A stretch of DNA of 64,000 nt, taken from positions 5,084,001-5,148,000 of the forward strand of contig JAQFVV010000010.1 of the NCBI GenBank assembly GCA_028023455.1, read 5' to 3'. This document shows, piece by piece, positions 25,399 through 38,150 of the stretch; within the stretch, counting starts at the first letter, position 1, and each line of letters opens with the position of its first letter. The position numbers were made by a program, and so were the translations under genes. This DNA comes from Epiperipatus broadwayi. Taxonomy: Eukaryota > Animalia > Onychophora. Below the pieces are notes generated by a model. It was given only the letters and a program-made list of their open reading frames with translations, made no database searches and had not been told where the DNA came from.

Positions 25399-26092
25399 AA
25401 AACAGACATAACCTTTCATACCCTAGTGCCATTCAGTGCATGCCAAAATAATCAATGGATGCCAGAAGGCTTGTGTAAAATCTAGTGCCTAGTCATCCAA
25501 ACTCTCTTACATTATAAGGATAAAATAAAACTATATACAAAAAAAAAATGGGGAGGGTATAAAAGATATATATATAAAAAAACAAACTCTTCTCCCCATT
25601 CTTTGTAGCAAAAAAAAAAAAAAGGGGTGAGAAGGCTTGTGCATAAAATCTAGTGCCTAGTCATCCAATATCCCCATACTAGTTTCTGGCTTATGGCCTT
25701 CATCAGTGAGGAGCCTTGGATCTGAGAGCACTGCACCTAGATCTTAAGATCTAATGCAACCCTCCAGCCACCTTTTATCTCTACTTAACTACAAAACTAT
25801 GAGAATAAAATTGAAAACACAATATTTTCAATCCAAGCTCATTAGCTTATATAGTCATATAGGTCTGAACTCATTTCAGTACCCATACATTTTGGCGTCT
25901 TTGGTTCTTTAATAATCATAGCCACACTATCCTATTAGGCAGGATTGGTATTAAACCACTAAACATCACATGATCATCATTTCTTATGCTTGCTCATAAC
26001 TATTATTAAAACAGGCAAAACTCTGGCTTGCAATTTTGCCTGTTTAATAACACGTATGAACAAGCATAAGAAATAGTGATCATTTGATATTT
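25399..26092 (-). repeat. Hammerhead-repeat insertion (>1 unit plus snap-back end)
   Basis: 16-bp direct repeat AACAGTTATATATATT / AATAGTTATATATATT at 25383-25398 and 26093-26108; contains the best-preserved hammerhead motif. Confidence 0.85.
25671..25712 (-). ncRNA. Candidate minimal type-I hammerhead ribozyme
   Basis: UCCUCA-CUGAUGA-AGGC(CAUAA)GCCA-GAAA-CUAG-UA/UGGGGA: 6-bp stem I, intact core, palindromic ACUAGU short stem III, GUA cleavage triplet. Confidence 0.7.
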
Positions 26093-26199
26093 AATAGTTA
26101 TATATATTGTAAGTATGCATTTGTATGTTTTAATTAATATTTAAACATATTTTGAGTCTGTATTTGTCATAATCCTGCAATAAACAGAACATAGTTTTA

Positions 26200-26830
26200 A
26201 TCTATCAATCATTTTAAAACCTTTATTAGTAGTTGAATTTCTGCCTTCAGATCTTAATAAAAGTTCCACATTTAATATATTATTCTGTCAAATATGCCAC
26301 ATTTCCTTTACCATCAAATCACTAATAAATTCATCTTCAGAAATCAGACATGTTTCTTTTTATTAACCCAGAAATAGATTTACTTGTATCCATAACACAC
26401 TCCTCAAGAGAATTCCATGCTTCAGTAATATGACCAATCTGAAGATCCAAAAAAAGCAACTTTAGTGTTTAATAGCTGTTGAAATTTAGTACATAGATCC
26501 TTCTAAAGAACAAACATCAATTTTCTTGGTGAATATAATTGAAATAAGCTATTTTTTAATACAACTTGGACCAACAATATGCACTTACATTCATAATGTG
26601 AATTTTTATTGTATTCTATTAAATGTCGTTGTTTTGAGTATAGATGCATCAATCTTCTTTCATAGCAGCTTTTCTACGTAAACAAAAGTTTGTGTTTGTC
26701 AGTTCATATGTTGTGTGTAAATTTAATAACAACAAACATTTTCTCATTTATAGCACAAATACCATTATTTCCAATAATTTCTGTCCAGTTTACTATTGGC
26801 ACCTCCAACTCATGGATTAAAGTCTCCAAA
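26200..26830 (-). mobile_element. Decayed RTE/BovB-like endonuclease relic; related fragment at about 38150-38430 (-)
   Basis: Frameshifted GNNGICAINE...LLLNF...LMHLYSKQRHLIEY resembles 'G..G.G..N.NG.LLL.FC...TWMHPRSKHWHLIDY'. Confidence 0.5.
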
Positions 26831-26894
26831 AATAAAAATTTCGATTTTTTTAATAGTATTATTGTAACATATTTCAAAATTGTAATGTTATTAA

Positions 26895-29160
26895 TAAATT
26901 TAGATCATCGATGAGTAAGATGTAAGATACATGTTAATGCAAAACTAGAGAGACAAAAATTATTAAGAAAAACAATATTTACAGTTGATATTCCTAATCA
27001 TCAGAAACATTCCAGTGAATTTAAATTAGAACTTACAAATTGGTTTCAACTATTAGTAGATTTTGAACATGATTAATATTTGAATTAAATTAATATGAAA
27101 CTAACTGATACACTTTTAAAAACTGCAACAAAGATAGCTGGTAAAAAAAAGCAATTCACCAATAAAATTTCTACTGAAACTAGAGAATTTGGTTTCAACT
27201 ATTAGTAGATTTTGAACATGATTCATATTTGAATTAAATTAATATCAAACTAACTGATACACTTTTAAAAACTGCAACAAAGATAGGTGGTAAAAAAAAA
27301 AAGCAGCAATTCACCAATAAAATTTCTACTGAAACTAGAGAATTTATGAAGAAAAGAAGGAATATGAAGATATACAAAAATGATGCATTAAAAAGGATTG
27401 AATATCTCGAATTTTGTAAAATGGTGCAGAAAAGAGTTGAAAATGATATAAGAAAGTATAACTGTGAACTAGCAAGGAAACCTGTAGAAGAAAATAAAAG
27501 TCTCAAAAATATAAAACAACATTTTGGTATTGGTGGAAAATTTATATCTGCAATAAGAAAAAAAAATAGAATTATTACTAAAAAGAGAGATGACATCATA
27601 AAATGGATAGAAGATTTTTATCAAGAATTATATAGTAATAAAGAACAAGTATCACTTATGTCTATTACATCTTCCAAATTACCCAGAATTTTAAAAGAAG
27701 AAGTGAGACATGCAATTAAATGTATGAAGAAAGGAAAGGCTCCAGGAAATGATGGAATTATAATTGATATATTAAAAAAAGGAGGTGAAGAAATAGAAAC
27801 AATTTTAGCAAAGTTATATACCAAATGTCTAAATGATAAAGATGTACCAGAAGATTGGAAGAATGCAGTAATAATATTAATATTTAAAAAAGGTGATAAA
27901 AAAGTTATTAGAAATTACAGACCTATCAGCCTTTTATCAGTTTTATACAAAATTTTTATTAAGATAATTACAACTTCTCTACGGAGAACATTGGATTTCT
28001 ACCAACCAAGAGAACAAACTGGATTTAAAAGTAGTTTTAGTACAGTAGATCATATTTAGGTATTGAGAGAAGTTATAGAAAGGACAAATGAATATGAATT
28101 GCCATTATGTTTTGGATTTGTAGATTATAAAAAAGGCATTTGATTCTATAAATATTTCTTCAGTGATTAAAGCATTGGATCATCAAGGTATATAGATCCA
28201 GGATATTGTCATATTTTAAAGAATATTTATAAAAATGCAACAGCAACAATTAGGTTACATAATGATACTGGGAAAGTCAACATTGAGAAGGGTGTAAGAC
28301 AGGGTGGTTCCATATCTCCAAAACTTTTTACAGCAGTGTTGCAAGAAGTATTTTGTGGATTAAAATGGAAAGCTAAAGGAGTGAAAGTAAATGGAGATTA
28401 TTTAAGTCATTTAGATTTTGTAGATGATGTAATTGTTTTTGCAAATAATGCTTTAAAGTTGCAGAAAATGTTGCAGATGTTATCAGATGAAAGTAGGACT
28501 AAAGATAAATGTTAAAAAGACTAAAATAATGTTTAATCGATTTTCTCAAAATATGATGAGTTAGAAGAAGTTAACAGTTACAAATACATTGATCAGATTA
28601 TTAATACATATGGAAACATAATGGATGAAATTAATCATAGAATTAAACATGGTTGGAGTGCTTTTGTTAGAAATAACTTGATACTAAAAGGAAATATGCC
28701 TATGTGTTTGAAAAGAAAAGTTTTTAATAAATGTGTTTTACCAGTTCTTACTTATGGATCTGAGACTTGGACACTTAATAGAAGAGCAATACAGAGACTT
28801 CAGACTACTTAAAGAAGTATGGAGAGATGCATGTTGGGAGTAACAAGAAGAGTTTGAAAACGCAATGTATGGGTAAGAGAACAAACAGGTGTTACTGACC
28901 TCATTGAAAAAATTAAAAGATTGAAATGGAGTTGGGCTGGACATATTTCTAGAAGAGATGATAATAGATGGACAATTGAAATCTTAAATGGGATTTCAAG
29001 AGATTGTAAAAGACACAGAAACAGACCACATGTTAGATGAATGGATGAAATAAGAAAGTGTGCAGGGGTGATGTGGAGAAGAGAAGCTAAAGATCGGAGA
29101 AAATGGATTGAATGTGGAGAGACCTTCATCCTGCAGTGGATTGATAATGGTTGATAATTG
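26895..29160 (+). mobile_element. 5'-truncated RTE-clade LINE (endonuclease end plus RT), disrupted; internal ~150-bp tandem duplication at about 27040-27345
   Basis: ORF 27346-28059 (MKKGKAPGNDGI, WKNAVIILIFKKGD, NYRPISLLSVLYKIF, QPREQTGF), GVRQG, RFVDD, CVLPVLTYGSETW, LKWSWAGH, (GAT)-type tail. Confidence 0.93.
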
Positions 29161-29799
29161 TAACAACACTATCCAACAATAAATAAAAGCTTTTCTTTAC
29201 TAAATTTTATTGTGCAGGGTGATTTTTAATACCATTAGCCTTTTATTGATACATTGAAAAATTCCAACTATAGAAGATAATAAATTAGAATTTATAGTAA
29301 ATTCTACACCATGCATTTTTCTTTCACTGAATGACCTCTTCAAAAAACAAACAAACTTGAACCCAACATATCTATTAATTTACTTTCTCTGGGAGATGAG
29401 TTTCATTAAGAGCAGCCATATCATTCTTAAATCTTGACCAATTTTTTAGCCGCCCCTGCAGTTCTGTTATATTAAATAAAGTTCACACTTTCCAAGTGCC
29501 TATATTTAAAAAAAAAATCTAGATTTGTAATACTTACTTATCTTAAGCATTACACTGCCTTTTATTTTACTGCTACTATTATTATCACAGTAATTCTATT
29601 GCAGAAATGAATAATCAATCAGATGTGACAACCTAGCCAGACTATGTAAGACAGGTCATTTTTAGACATATTTTCTAGACCCTATCACTTTTGTGGAAAT
29701 ATTAAGCTAGTATTACCTATAACATTAAAATACTATTTAATATTTAACATAATTATGAAAATGTTTAAACTTTTGAGATGCGATTCCTAAATAATTCAA

Positions 29800-31190
29800 T
29801 AAACATTACCTTTAGCGGGCCAAAACATACACACTCTGATAAATAATTTCAAACTACAATGCAGAGTTATCAGCAATATGTATAATAAATTCCACAAAAA
29901 GTGTCACTATTGCAAAAAGTCCTGAATGAAAATTCCTGCAAATAGAAAGAAAATAAGGCATTGCTAGTATCAAATTGCCATTTTAGCTTACGTTTTGCAA
30001 TCTATAGATTCTTTACATTTTGTGTATGAATATCTGTGTCATCTTCTGGTGCCCAACAGCAGAATGCATATATGTGCTATTATAAGTTCTGCATAGATTA
30101 TTGTATGTTGCCCACCCATCCATAACAATGTGAGTCCCTGGCAAAATGTATTGTTGTATAAGAGCTTCAAGAGTATCAGCCATCCTGTCTGGAGCTTCTA
30201 CCACTAAACACTTTCTCCACCCTTTCTCTATTGTACTGAACTCCCAATGACCTTCTCGCCATTCTCCTTGATATTTTCTATGTAAATATTAAGTCTCATC
30301 GACTTCTGCAATTAGTGATACTTCAGCATTTGTCAAATCCATTGAGCTGCGGTGGATTTCACTCAAAGTATTTTGCACATTCATCAGCAAAAATTTGCCA
30401 ATCTATGATATCTCGGGCACTTACACCAGTCTCATGCATAATATAATCTTGCAGCAATTTATTTACCCAATAAAAGACCATAAGCACAAGGATTTGCAGG
30501 GACAGATGATTTTTTGAAAAAAAAAAGAAGCCATGTCTGATGTAGCAGTGACATGATCTACATTTGCTATGCCTTCAGCATATCTCAAACAGTGAACACT
30601 TTCCATCACAATGCTAACATAGGACATTGCTTTTTAGTGGTTGCCTCTTTGGTAAGCATCTCATTGCCAATTCCGGAGTTCAAGTTCCTTCATCAACTGC
30701 CACGAATGATTCTGGGCAAATAGTCAAAAGATCTAACATTTCATTTATTGACACGATAAATGTTACATGATTTATGTTTGCCACAGCCTTATTGTAGCTA
30801 GTCGTGAAGAAATACAATTCTCACACTAGTTCTCCGAATGCATTTCAAACACCAGATAGTGTATGAACAATTACTTTGTCAAAGTACGAACTTTACAAAC
30901 ACAAATATTGTCAAAGTACCAACTTTACAACTACAGATGCTGCCAGATGACCAACTTTGCAACTACAGATATTGTCAAAGGACCAAATTTACAACAGATA
31001 TTGTAAAAGTACCGACTTTACAACTGCAGATATTGTCAAAGAACCAAGTTTACAACTACAGATATATTAAAATACCAACTTTACAATTACAGGAGAAAAA
31101 AGAAAAATGAACAAAATTTGTAAAAAAAGTTCAAAATTATTCCGCTAGAGCACTATCTTTCGGCCAATTAATTCACTATATTAGTATCCT
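29800..31190 (-). mobile_element. Decayed Merlin (IS1595/ISXO2-like DDE) transposon
   Basis: Minus strand AEVDET*YLHRKYQGEWREGHWEFSTIEKGWRKCLVVEAPDRMADTLEALIQQYILPGTHIVMDGWATYNNL...MHSAVGH matches the Merlin 'VEIDES...RKY..GR...W..G.IER...D.W..Y....H..VNH' core. Ends uncertain. Confidence 0.85.
30873..31092. repeat. ~31-bp minisatellite, about 7 units (ATTGTCAAAGTACCAACTTTACAACTACAGAT)
   Basis: Directly visible; lies on the 5' side of the Merlin transposase relic. Confidence 0.9.
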
Positions 31191-31239
31191 AAAATATTAT
31201 AATTTATTACTTTTTTTTGGTGTGAACTTCTAAACGTAT

Positions 31240-31542
31240 AGAAGAATTGACATCTGTGTGAAAATAAGGTTATTTTGTGGTGGCGCTGCTAGTTGCAATT
31301 GGCCGACGTATACTCTTTTTACTAAAGCATTTTGTTATAGACTTTTTAAAAATTTTATTTATAGTTTTTTTTCTCGCTTCCTATTCAATTTTTTTAATTT
31401 CACGTGTTTTAAGAAATCATTATTAAATAATAATGATATTGAATTTATTTAAATTTGTTGTTAAATTTATTTAATCGTGGATTTATAAAATTTATTGTAT
31501 CGTACCGTCTTTAGTTATCTTTTTTTAAAACATTTAATTATA
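31240..31542 (+). promoter_or_regulatory. Probable promoter/5'UTR region of UGP2
   Basis: Locally CpG-retaining unique sequence in a CpG-poor window, immediately upstream of the candidate first coding exon. TSS not determinable. Confidence 0.35.
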
Positions 31543-31581
31543 ATGGATTCATTTCTCTCTGCCCAGAATGTCTTAAGCCCT
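31543..31581 (+). CDS. UGP2: Candidate first coding exon of UGP2 (MDSFLSAQNVLSP)
   Basis: ATG, 13 open codons, phase-0 GTAAGT donor compatible with the phase-0 exon at 43488. No homology support for this short peptide. Confidence 0.5.
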
Positions 31582-34420
31582 GTAAGTCTACTTCATTTTA
31601 CTATGTATAGTCAAAGAAATTGTATATTTAATATGATAATAGTAGATAGTTGTAATCAATTAACTCTAAAGTTGGGTTTACAATTTTTAATATTGTATTA
31701 TAATTATATAATAATATAACCCGTTATAGAAGGTCACTGATCGTATTTTATTTACTTATTACAGATTCCAATTATTTTTATAATATTATGACGGAAACTT
31801 TCATTTTGATAATACTTCATTGCATTTTTTTTCTCTCTGTACGCGTACTTTTTTATGTGATAACTGGGTCATACGATAAAATCATTTCTTGTTATTAATG
31901 TTTTTATCGTAAAACTACTAATGATTTGTCACATCCTGTGCTTAAAAAATAGTACTACCTTAGTTTATTATAAATTTAGCTGACATGTCTAGATCATTGC
32001 TTTATAATGAATCTTGATCTCCAAGTTAGTTTTAATTGACATCGTGGATTAGTGAATCTTATGGACAATCTTCCATTTTAAATGTTTTTGTATATAATTT
32101 TAGGAAGCTCGTCAGATTTTTCAAATCTGCTTTTTAGTTCATTTAACAAAAAGAACATATTCATTTAATGGTTATTTATTTTTTACGATTATAAAGTTTA
32201 CAATATTTTATAGAAAGTGTAAGCCACTAACAGTCTAATTTACATATGTAATGACTGGCCTATTGCTAAGAACCACAGAATTATAGAAGTTAATTTTTAA
32301 GTTTTATTTATTTTTTTACTTCATTGTTTTTGGATTTGATAATTTAGGCTTAGATAAAATTCAAGAGATCCCAAAATATAATGTTTAACTTGATAGTGCT
32401 AATTTTATATTTTAGTTCATTGAAAATTGTTACTTAAAGATTACACTAGGATAAGTTTCTTTTGAAAATTAGGACTGGATATATATATATATTTACATGT
32501 ATATAAAGTATGTATATATCCATTGTTGCACCAATATATGAAACAGAAAGACTCTCCTCAGGATACCAGATTAAAAAAGTGCTAAATTGAAAAAACATTA
32601 CAAAAACCCAATAATTTTGAATTTAAAAAGATGCCATATAATTTATATAATTTTATCCAGTATATATAAATGGAAATAACTACACTTCTGAAAGTTGTAA
32701 ATAAACAGTACTCCTACATAAAAAAAATACAAAGAATAAATGGATTTCTATTTGCATTTTTTGATATCAGTGCTGTTTATTCATAACTCAAAACATATAG
32801 TTACTTCCACTTAATTTACATATGCGTTAAGTTATACTTGTTTAATATTTATATGTAGAAATAATTATCTTCATTTAAAAACACTGACAATGAAGACAAA
32901 AATTTAAGATTATTATAATAAATAATTTACTAATAACTGGTTATATAAGAATTATTCCTAAATTTAAGACTGATCTAACTAATTTAATTCTACTTTGATA
33001 TTTTACTTTACTAATAGAATTAATTTGAGTCAATGTTAATTGTTTTGAAATAGTATATTGAATATACTTTAAAAAATGTTATATTTAATTGTATTAAAGT
33101 GTACATCAACTATGCATTAGTTTTTTTTTTTGTGTGTGTTTTCTTTTTTAACATATACTAGAGGTAAACAAACCCACACGTATATTGTTTAGGATTATAT
33201 GTATTAACATTCTAATTAATACATTGTACAGGCTTAAACCTTCATTTATATATGTAATATATGCGGGATTCGAACTCATATTTTTGAAAAATATTTTAAT
33301 AAAAAATCTCAGAAAATTCTATTTATATACAATAATTTTTTTTTATCTCATCATAATTAACTGAAATTTTTATTTGTAAATACTTATTGTAAGTATAATA
33401 ATTTATCTGTTGAGACAACTACAATTTATCTTTATTCAAGATAATATTAAATTAGGAGGAAATTTTTATATTTATTGTCCAATTACAGACAGCCATATGA
33501 GTATGATATATTTAACTGTTTTTGTGAAGTGTATCTTAAAAAAGAATTTAGAATAGTGTTTTATTTTTTTGTATTATTCTCTGAAGTCTGAAATAAAGTT
33601 CTAAATATTTTACTCATATTTTAATTTAATGTGATGTTTATAATTAATCAGCTTCTTTATTTGTGTAATTTAATGTTTATAATGCTTTGTTGCTGATATT
33701 TGTTAAAAAAGTTATTGTCATTAGCAACTACTCACAAACTTGTAGGCCATTCCAAATTAAATAATAATAATAATTCACCAGAATAATTTTGTGATGACTA
33801 CAAATTATCCTCATCTATAACATAATGGCCTATTGGTATTTGAATAATACCTTGAAATGTTGTCTTTTTCTCTAGCAAATTTTTCTATTTGAGAGACTTT
33901 AAAATTTTGCTTATTATGGTTCTCCATTGTATTTTATCCTTAGCCAATGAAAGCAAAATCTTTTGCAACATTCACTTCATATATTCATTACAAAAAAAAA
34001 ATAATAATTTTACTATAATAGACTCTAATATATTCATCATATATATTGTTTGATTTTGTGATCTTGCTATCATATTTTTACAATAGTACGGAGCACTCTT
34101 AAATGAAATTTTTTTAACGCTTTTATATTACAGCGATAGAATGTTTATATCTTACTTCCATACAATAAATTAAATAAGTAATAGTTTTATATGCAACAAA
34201 TTTAGTTGTAGTAGTTACATCATTACAACAAATATTTTATTTTTTAATTTATTAGATAGAATAGCAGAATGATGGGATCTGTATTGCATCTCAATATCAA
34301 AGTCCATGTTTCTATTTAAAAAAATACCAAATTATTTAAACTAATCATACATTCTCAAGTTTATAACCATTGAAATTAAAATATACTAAAATTCAAAACA
34401 TTTGAACCTATTCTCTAGAT

Positions 34421-34976
34421 CAGTGATCTTCAAACCTTAGTCCGCAGACCGGTGCCGGGCCGCAGAAGTTTTTTACCGGTCCAGAGTAGACTGGGAGGAA
34501 AGTTTGTAATAACAAAATAATAAGAGTTTAAACTTTTAATTAATATAAACAATTTTTATTTATGTTTTCATCTCATTTTTACCCAATTAAAAAAAAAAGA
34601 AACAGAACGAAAACAAAATCTAATCAATCATACATAAATTAATTTGTTTTTCTAGTTATCACAGATGTTTATTGGAAGGGGAGGGGGTAGAATTAAATTT
34701 TTTATTACTTTTCTAAAAAAATTCAAAATTAAAAAAAAAAGTTTTTTATTATACAAACTCCATATATATATATAACTTCATATTGTATATTTAACATTGT
34801 TGTTTTGATCAGTTATAACAATTATGCTCATCTAAGGCTAAGCAGGTTACATCTTTAAGAAAATTTATCTATAGACTTCTGCTAGTCCGCGAAACCTTAT
34901 TCTTATTTTTGCCGGGCCGCGAAACCTTATTTTTATTTTTACTGGTCCGCAGGTATGAAAAGGTTGAAGACCACTG
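34421..34976. mobile_element. hAT (Charlie/Buster-type) MITE, copy 2
   Basis: Termini CAGTGATCTTCAAACC / GGTTGAAGACCACTG; perfect 8-bp TSD CTCTAGAT (34413-34420, 34977-34984). Confidence 0.95.
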
Positions 34977-36069
34977 CTCTAGATTAATATTTGAATTGGC
35001 AAAAGTAGCACCATTTTCAGCATTCAACAAACCCAGAAATCAAGAAGTATTGAAATTCTTGTTTTTTATTTTAATTAATTCAAATAAAAAACACTACCAT
35101 GAAACTGCCCTAATAGTAGTATGCTAAAGCTGCCTATAAACAGTCCTAAAGACCACTGTCATAAAAATGGAAAAATGAAATTGGACTAAGTTCATATTTG
35201 TTTTTTTTTTTTTACTACTTTTCAAATAGCAGAAATAACAACTATTTCTCTTTATAGGAGCTGTATGATACAAGTAAAATTTGATGGATAATCACTTAAT
35301 TTTCAAACATTGCCAAAGATTTGTTCAATTAATTGACAAAATTAATAAAATTAACATATAAATCATTTTTTGTTCTTGCACTTTTTTTTTTTTTCATTTG
35401 CCTGGCAACAAAACTATGTAGTGCTTTTTGATTTTTTTTTAAAAAACCACGTTAAATCTTTGATAATTATTTACCCATGACTTCAGCCAATCTATTGAAC
35501 AAAATCTTTGACAGTACTTTTCTGTAATGAGTATTCCACAATAATTATTGCAGTCTTTTCTATCTATTTTATTTTTATAAATTGGAAAAGTGGAAATGTC
35601 TGTTTCCAGATAATATAACTTTGTGAAACTTCTACAGGTATCTCAACAGGACTTGAAGCTTGTTTCATTTTAAGATTATGAAAGCTTTTTTCATTTTAAG
35701 ATTATGAAGAAGTATTTTAACTTCAGTAATCTGGATATCTTTTTCTAAATGTCTTCATTTTAAACCCTTAATTTATTATTCAAAAGTTTCTCCTAAATGA
35801 GCGCTACTTATAGATTTATATGATTGTATAATTTTCTAGATTCTTATGTTATTTTGTGTATGAAAAATATATCAAAAGTGACTGCAATCAGCAAATGATT
35901 GCATTTACTTTGCAGTTTCATTTCACAATTTTTAAAAAAAATATATACTGTAGAGTATATACTCTATTAATATTACTTGCATATACATGGTAATATTCTA
36001 TTAAACAAATTTGTGCAATGAGACTACATATTATTATTGTTTATTTAAATCTTCACTAATAATTTGCAG

Positions 36070-38150
36070 GAACAGTTACATCATCTTCAAAATTTACTCC
36101 CTGTCCCATTTTGATCCATAAAATACTTATTGTAAAACTTCTGTAAAAAGTTTTTGATTTATAAATTCACCTTGTCATACACTCTTCTCATTGTTAATCT
36201 TCCTAGTATCACTATGTAATATATATTAAGGTTATAACCTTAAGTCATGCGCCTAGGTGTGACAGTAGGAATCTCTACAAATGATAACACACGATTAATG
36301 ACTTTAGAAGACAAGAGCAGCCACTCTTATCTTCGACCTACTCAGGTAATAACTAAGTGCTTAACAAATTATTACTTACCACTATGTAATATAATCATTG
36401 CTGTTACATTTTCATAAATATTCTTCAAAATATGATAATATCCTGGTCTATATTTTGATGATCCAATGCTTTAATCACTGAAGGAATGCTTATAGAATCA
36501 ACAGGCTTTTCATAATCTACAAACAAAGCATAATGACAACTCACATTTATTGGTTCTTTCTATAACTTCTCTCAATATTTGGATGTGATCTGTGTTGAAA
36601 CCACTAAAGTTCAGCTGTTCATTTGGCTAGTTGAAATCCAAAATTTGCTGCAGACAAGTTGTAATTTTTTTGGTACAAAATGTATGTAGAACTGATAATT
36701 TTTTTTATGATTTCTTTTAAATATGTTAATGCTGCATTTTCCCAATCATTTGGTGCAACTTTATCATGTATATAACTTTGCCAAATTGTTCTATTTCTGC
36801 ACCTGCTTCTTTGAAGTTTTCCCTTCATAGATTTAATTGCATTTCTCATTATTTCATTTAAAATCCTAAGCAATTCAAAAGATGTAGTAATTGAAGTGAA
36901 TACTTTTTCTTGTTCTTTATTGCTATACAATTCTTCTTAAATGTATAATTTGTTCAATCTGATTATTTTCATTTGCTTTTAATTTCTGTAATGTTCAAAA
37001 GAAAGAAAATTATATTTTTTTAAAATAATTTTTTGAGTTGTTGAAAAATAAGCACAAAATAAAACATATACAATCTGTTTATAGTTAGATGTTTGAACTG
37101 TTTCTATTATCTAATTTAAAATGTCAAATATTTTTTAAAAAATTCGGTTTATATTGATAGTTTACCCAATACCAAATGTTTTTTTATCAATACTAAGATG
37201 TTGTTTTACACGTTTGACACTTATTTTTTTCTATACTTTTTTTCCTTCATAAATTGTCTTCTCTCAGTAGAAATTTTATTTTTCAATTGCTGCTTTTTTA
37301 TACCAGCTATCTTTGTTGTATTTCTTAGTAATGTAACAGTTATCTCCCTACTGACTTAGTTCAAATCTAAACCATCTTCAAAATCTGTTAATACGATTTG
37401 CAAGTTCTAATTTAAATTCATTGGAATGTTTCTGAAGGTTGGGAATATCAACTATGAATATTATTTTTCATAATAATTTTGTCTATCTAATTTTGCATTA
37501 ACATGCATCTTATGTTATACTAACCAATGATACTTTCTCTGTTGAATTTATTAAAAACATTATAATCTTAAAATATATATTTTCTGTTAGTCAAAATATA
37601 ATCTAATTCTGCTGTACTTTCATTTGAATTGCTTTGATATTTCATTTCAATTTAGCATTTTTTTCAAAGAAGTAATTCATAATATAAAGATTTTCTTTTT
37701 CTGTAAACTCCACATTTCTGTATCCTCTCTCATTTCTTTCACTATAACCAAATTTACCCACACCGTTTTTATCTTTTAATCACGAATTCCAACATTAAAG
37801 TCTTCCACGACAATTTTAAAATTTCGTTTGGTCTGATCAAAAACCTTTTGCACATCCATATAAAAATACTTTACTTTATCATAATGAAATCTTGAGGGTG
37901 CATAAATCTCAATTAACTTTATTTGATATCTTCCATTAAATTAAATAAATTTTGCCATTGATATATCATCAGTTTCTACAATATTGTTCTTCCAATTTTT
38001 ACCTGTAATTCTACTCCACCTGTGCTTCCAATATTTGTGTCTTTCTAATATAATACAAATCTACTTTTTAAGTTGTCTTTTCAACCTTTCTTCTAACTTC
38101 ACAAAGTCCAACAATATCTATAATCTAATCAACAATCTGAACTCGAAAGC
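36070..38150 (-). mobile_element. RTE-clade LINE relic (endonuclease to RT core), intronic
   Basis: Minus strand DIVGLCEVRRK, KLIEIYAPS, EDFNVG, GKFGYSERNERG (endonuclease); ORF 36619-36930 and downstream RT blocks collinear with 26895-28430. Confidence 0.85.
36224..36379. mobile_element. 156-bp non-coding insertion with 14-bp TSD inside the RTE RT
   Basis: CACTATGTAATATA at 36210-36223 and 36380-36393; RTE sequence is continuous across the site; shares a hairpin with the 47890-48660 family. Confidence 0.75.

Noticed and set aside
30873-31092. 31-bp repeat as a CRISPR array or a coding repeat (ORF 30838-31110)
   Set aside because: Units are contiguous with no unique spacers, the context is eukaryotic, and the ORF is an artefact of the repeat.
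29790-31190. Defined TIRs/TSD for the older Merlin
   Set aside because: Only a weak ...TAGCGG / CCGCTA... correspondence; no TSD found.
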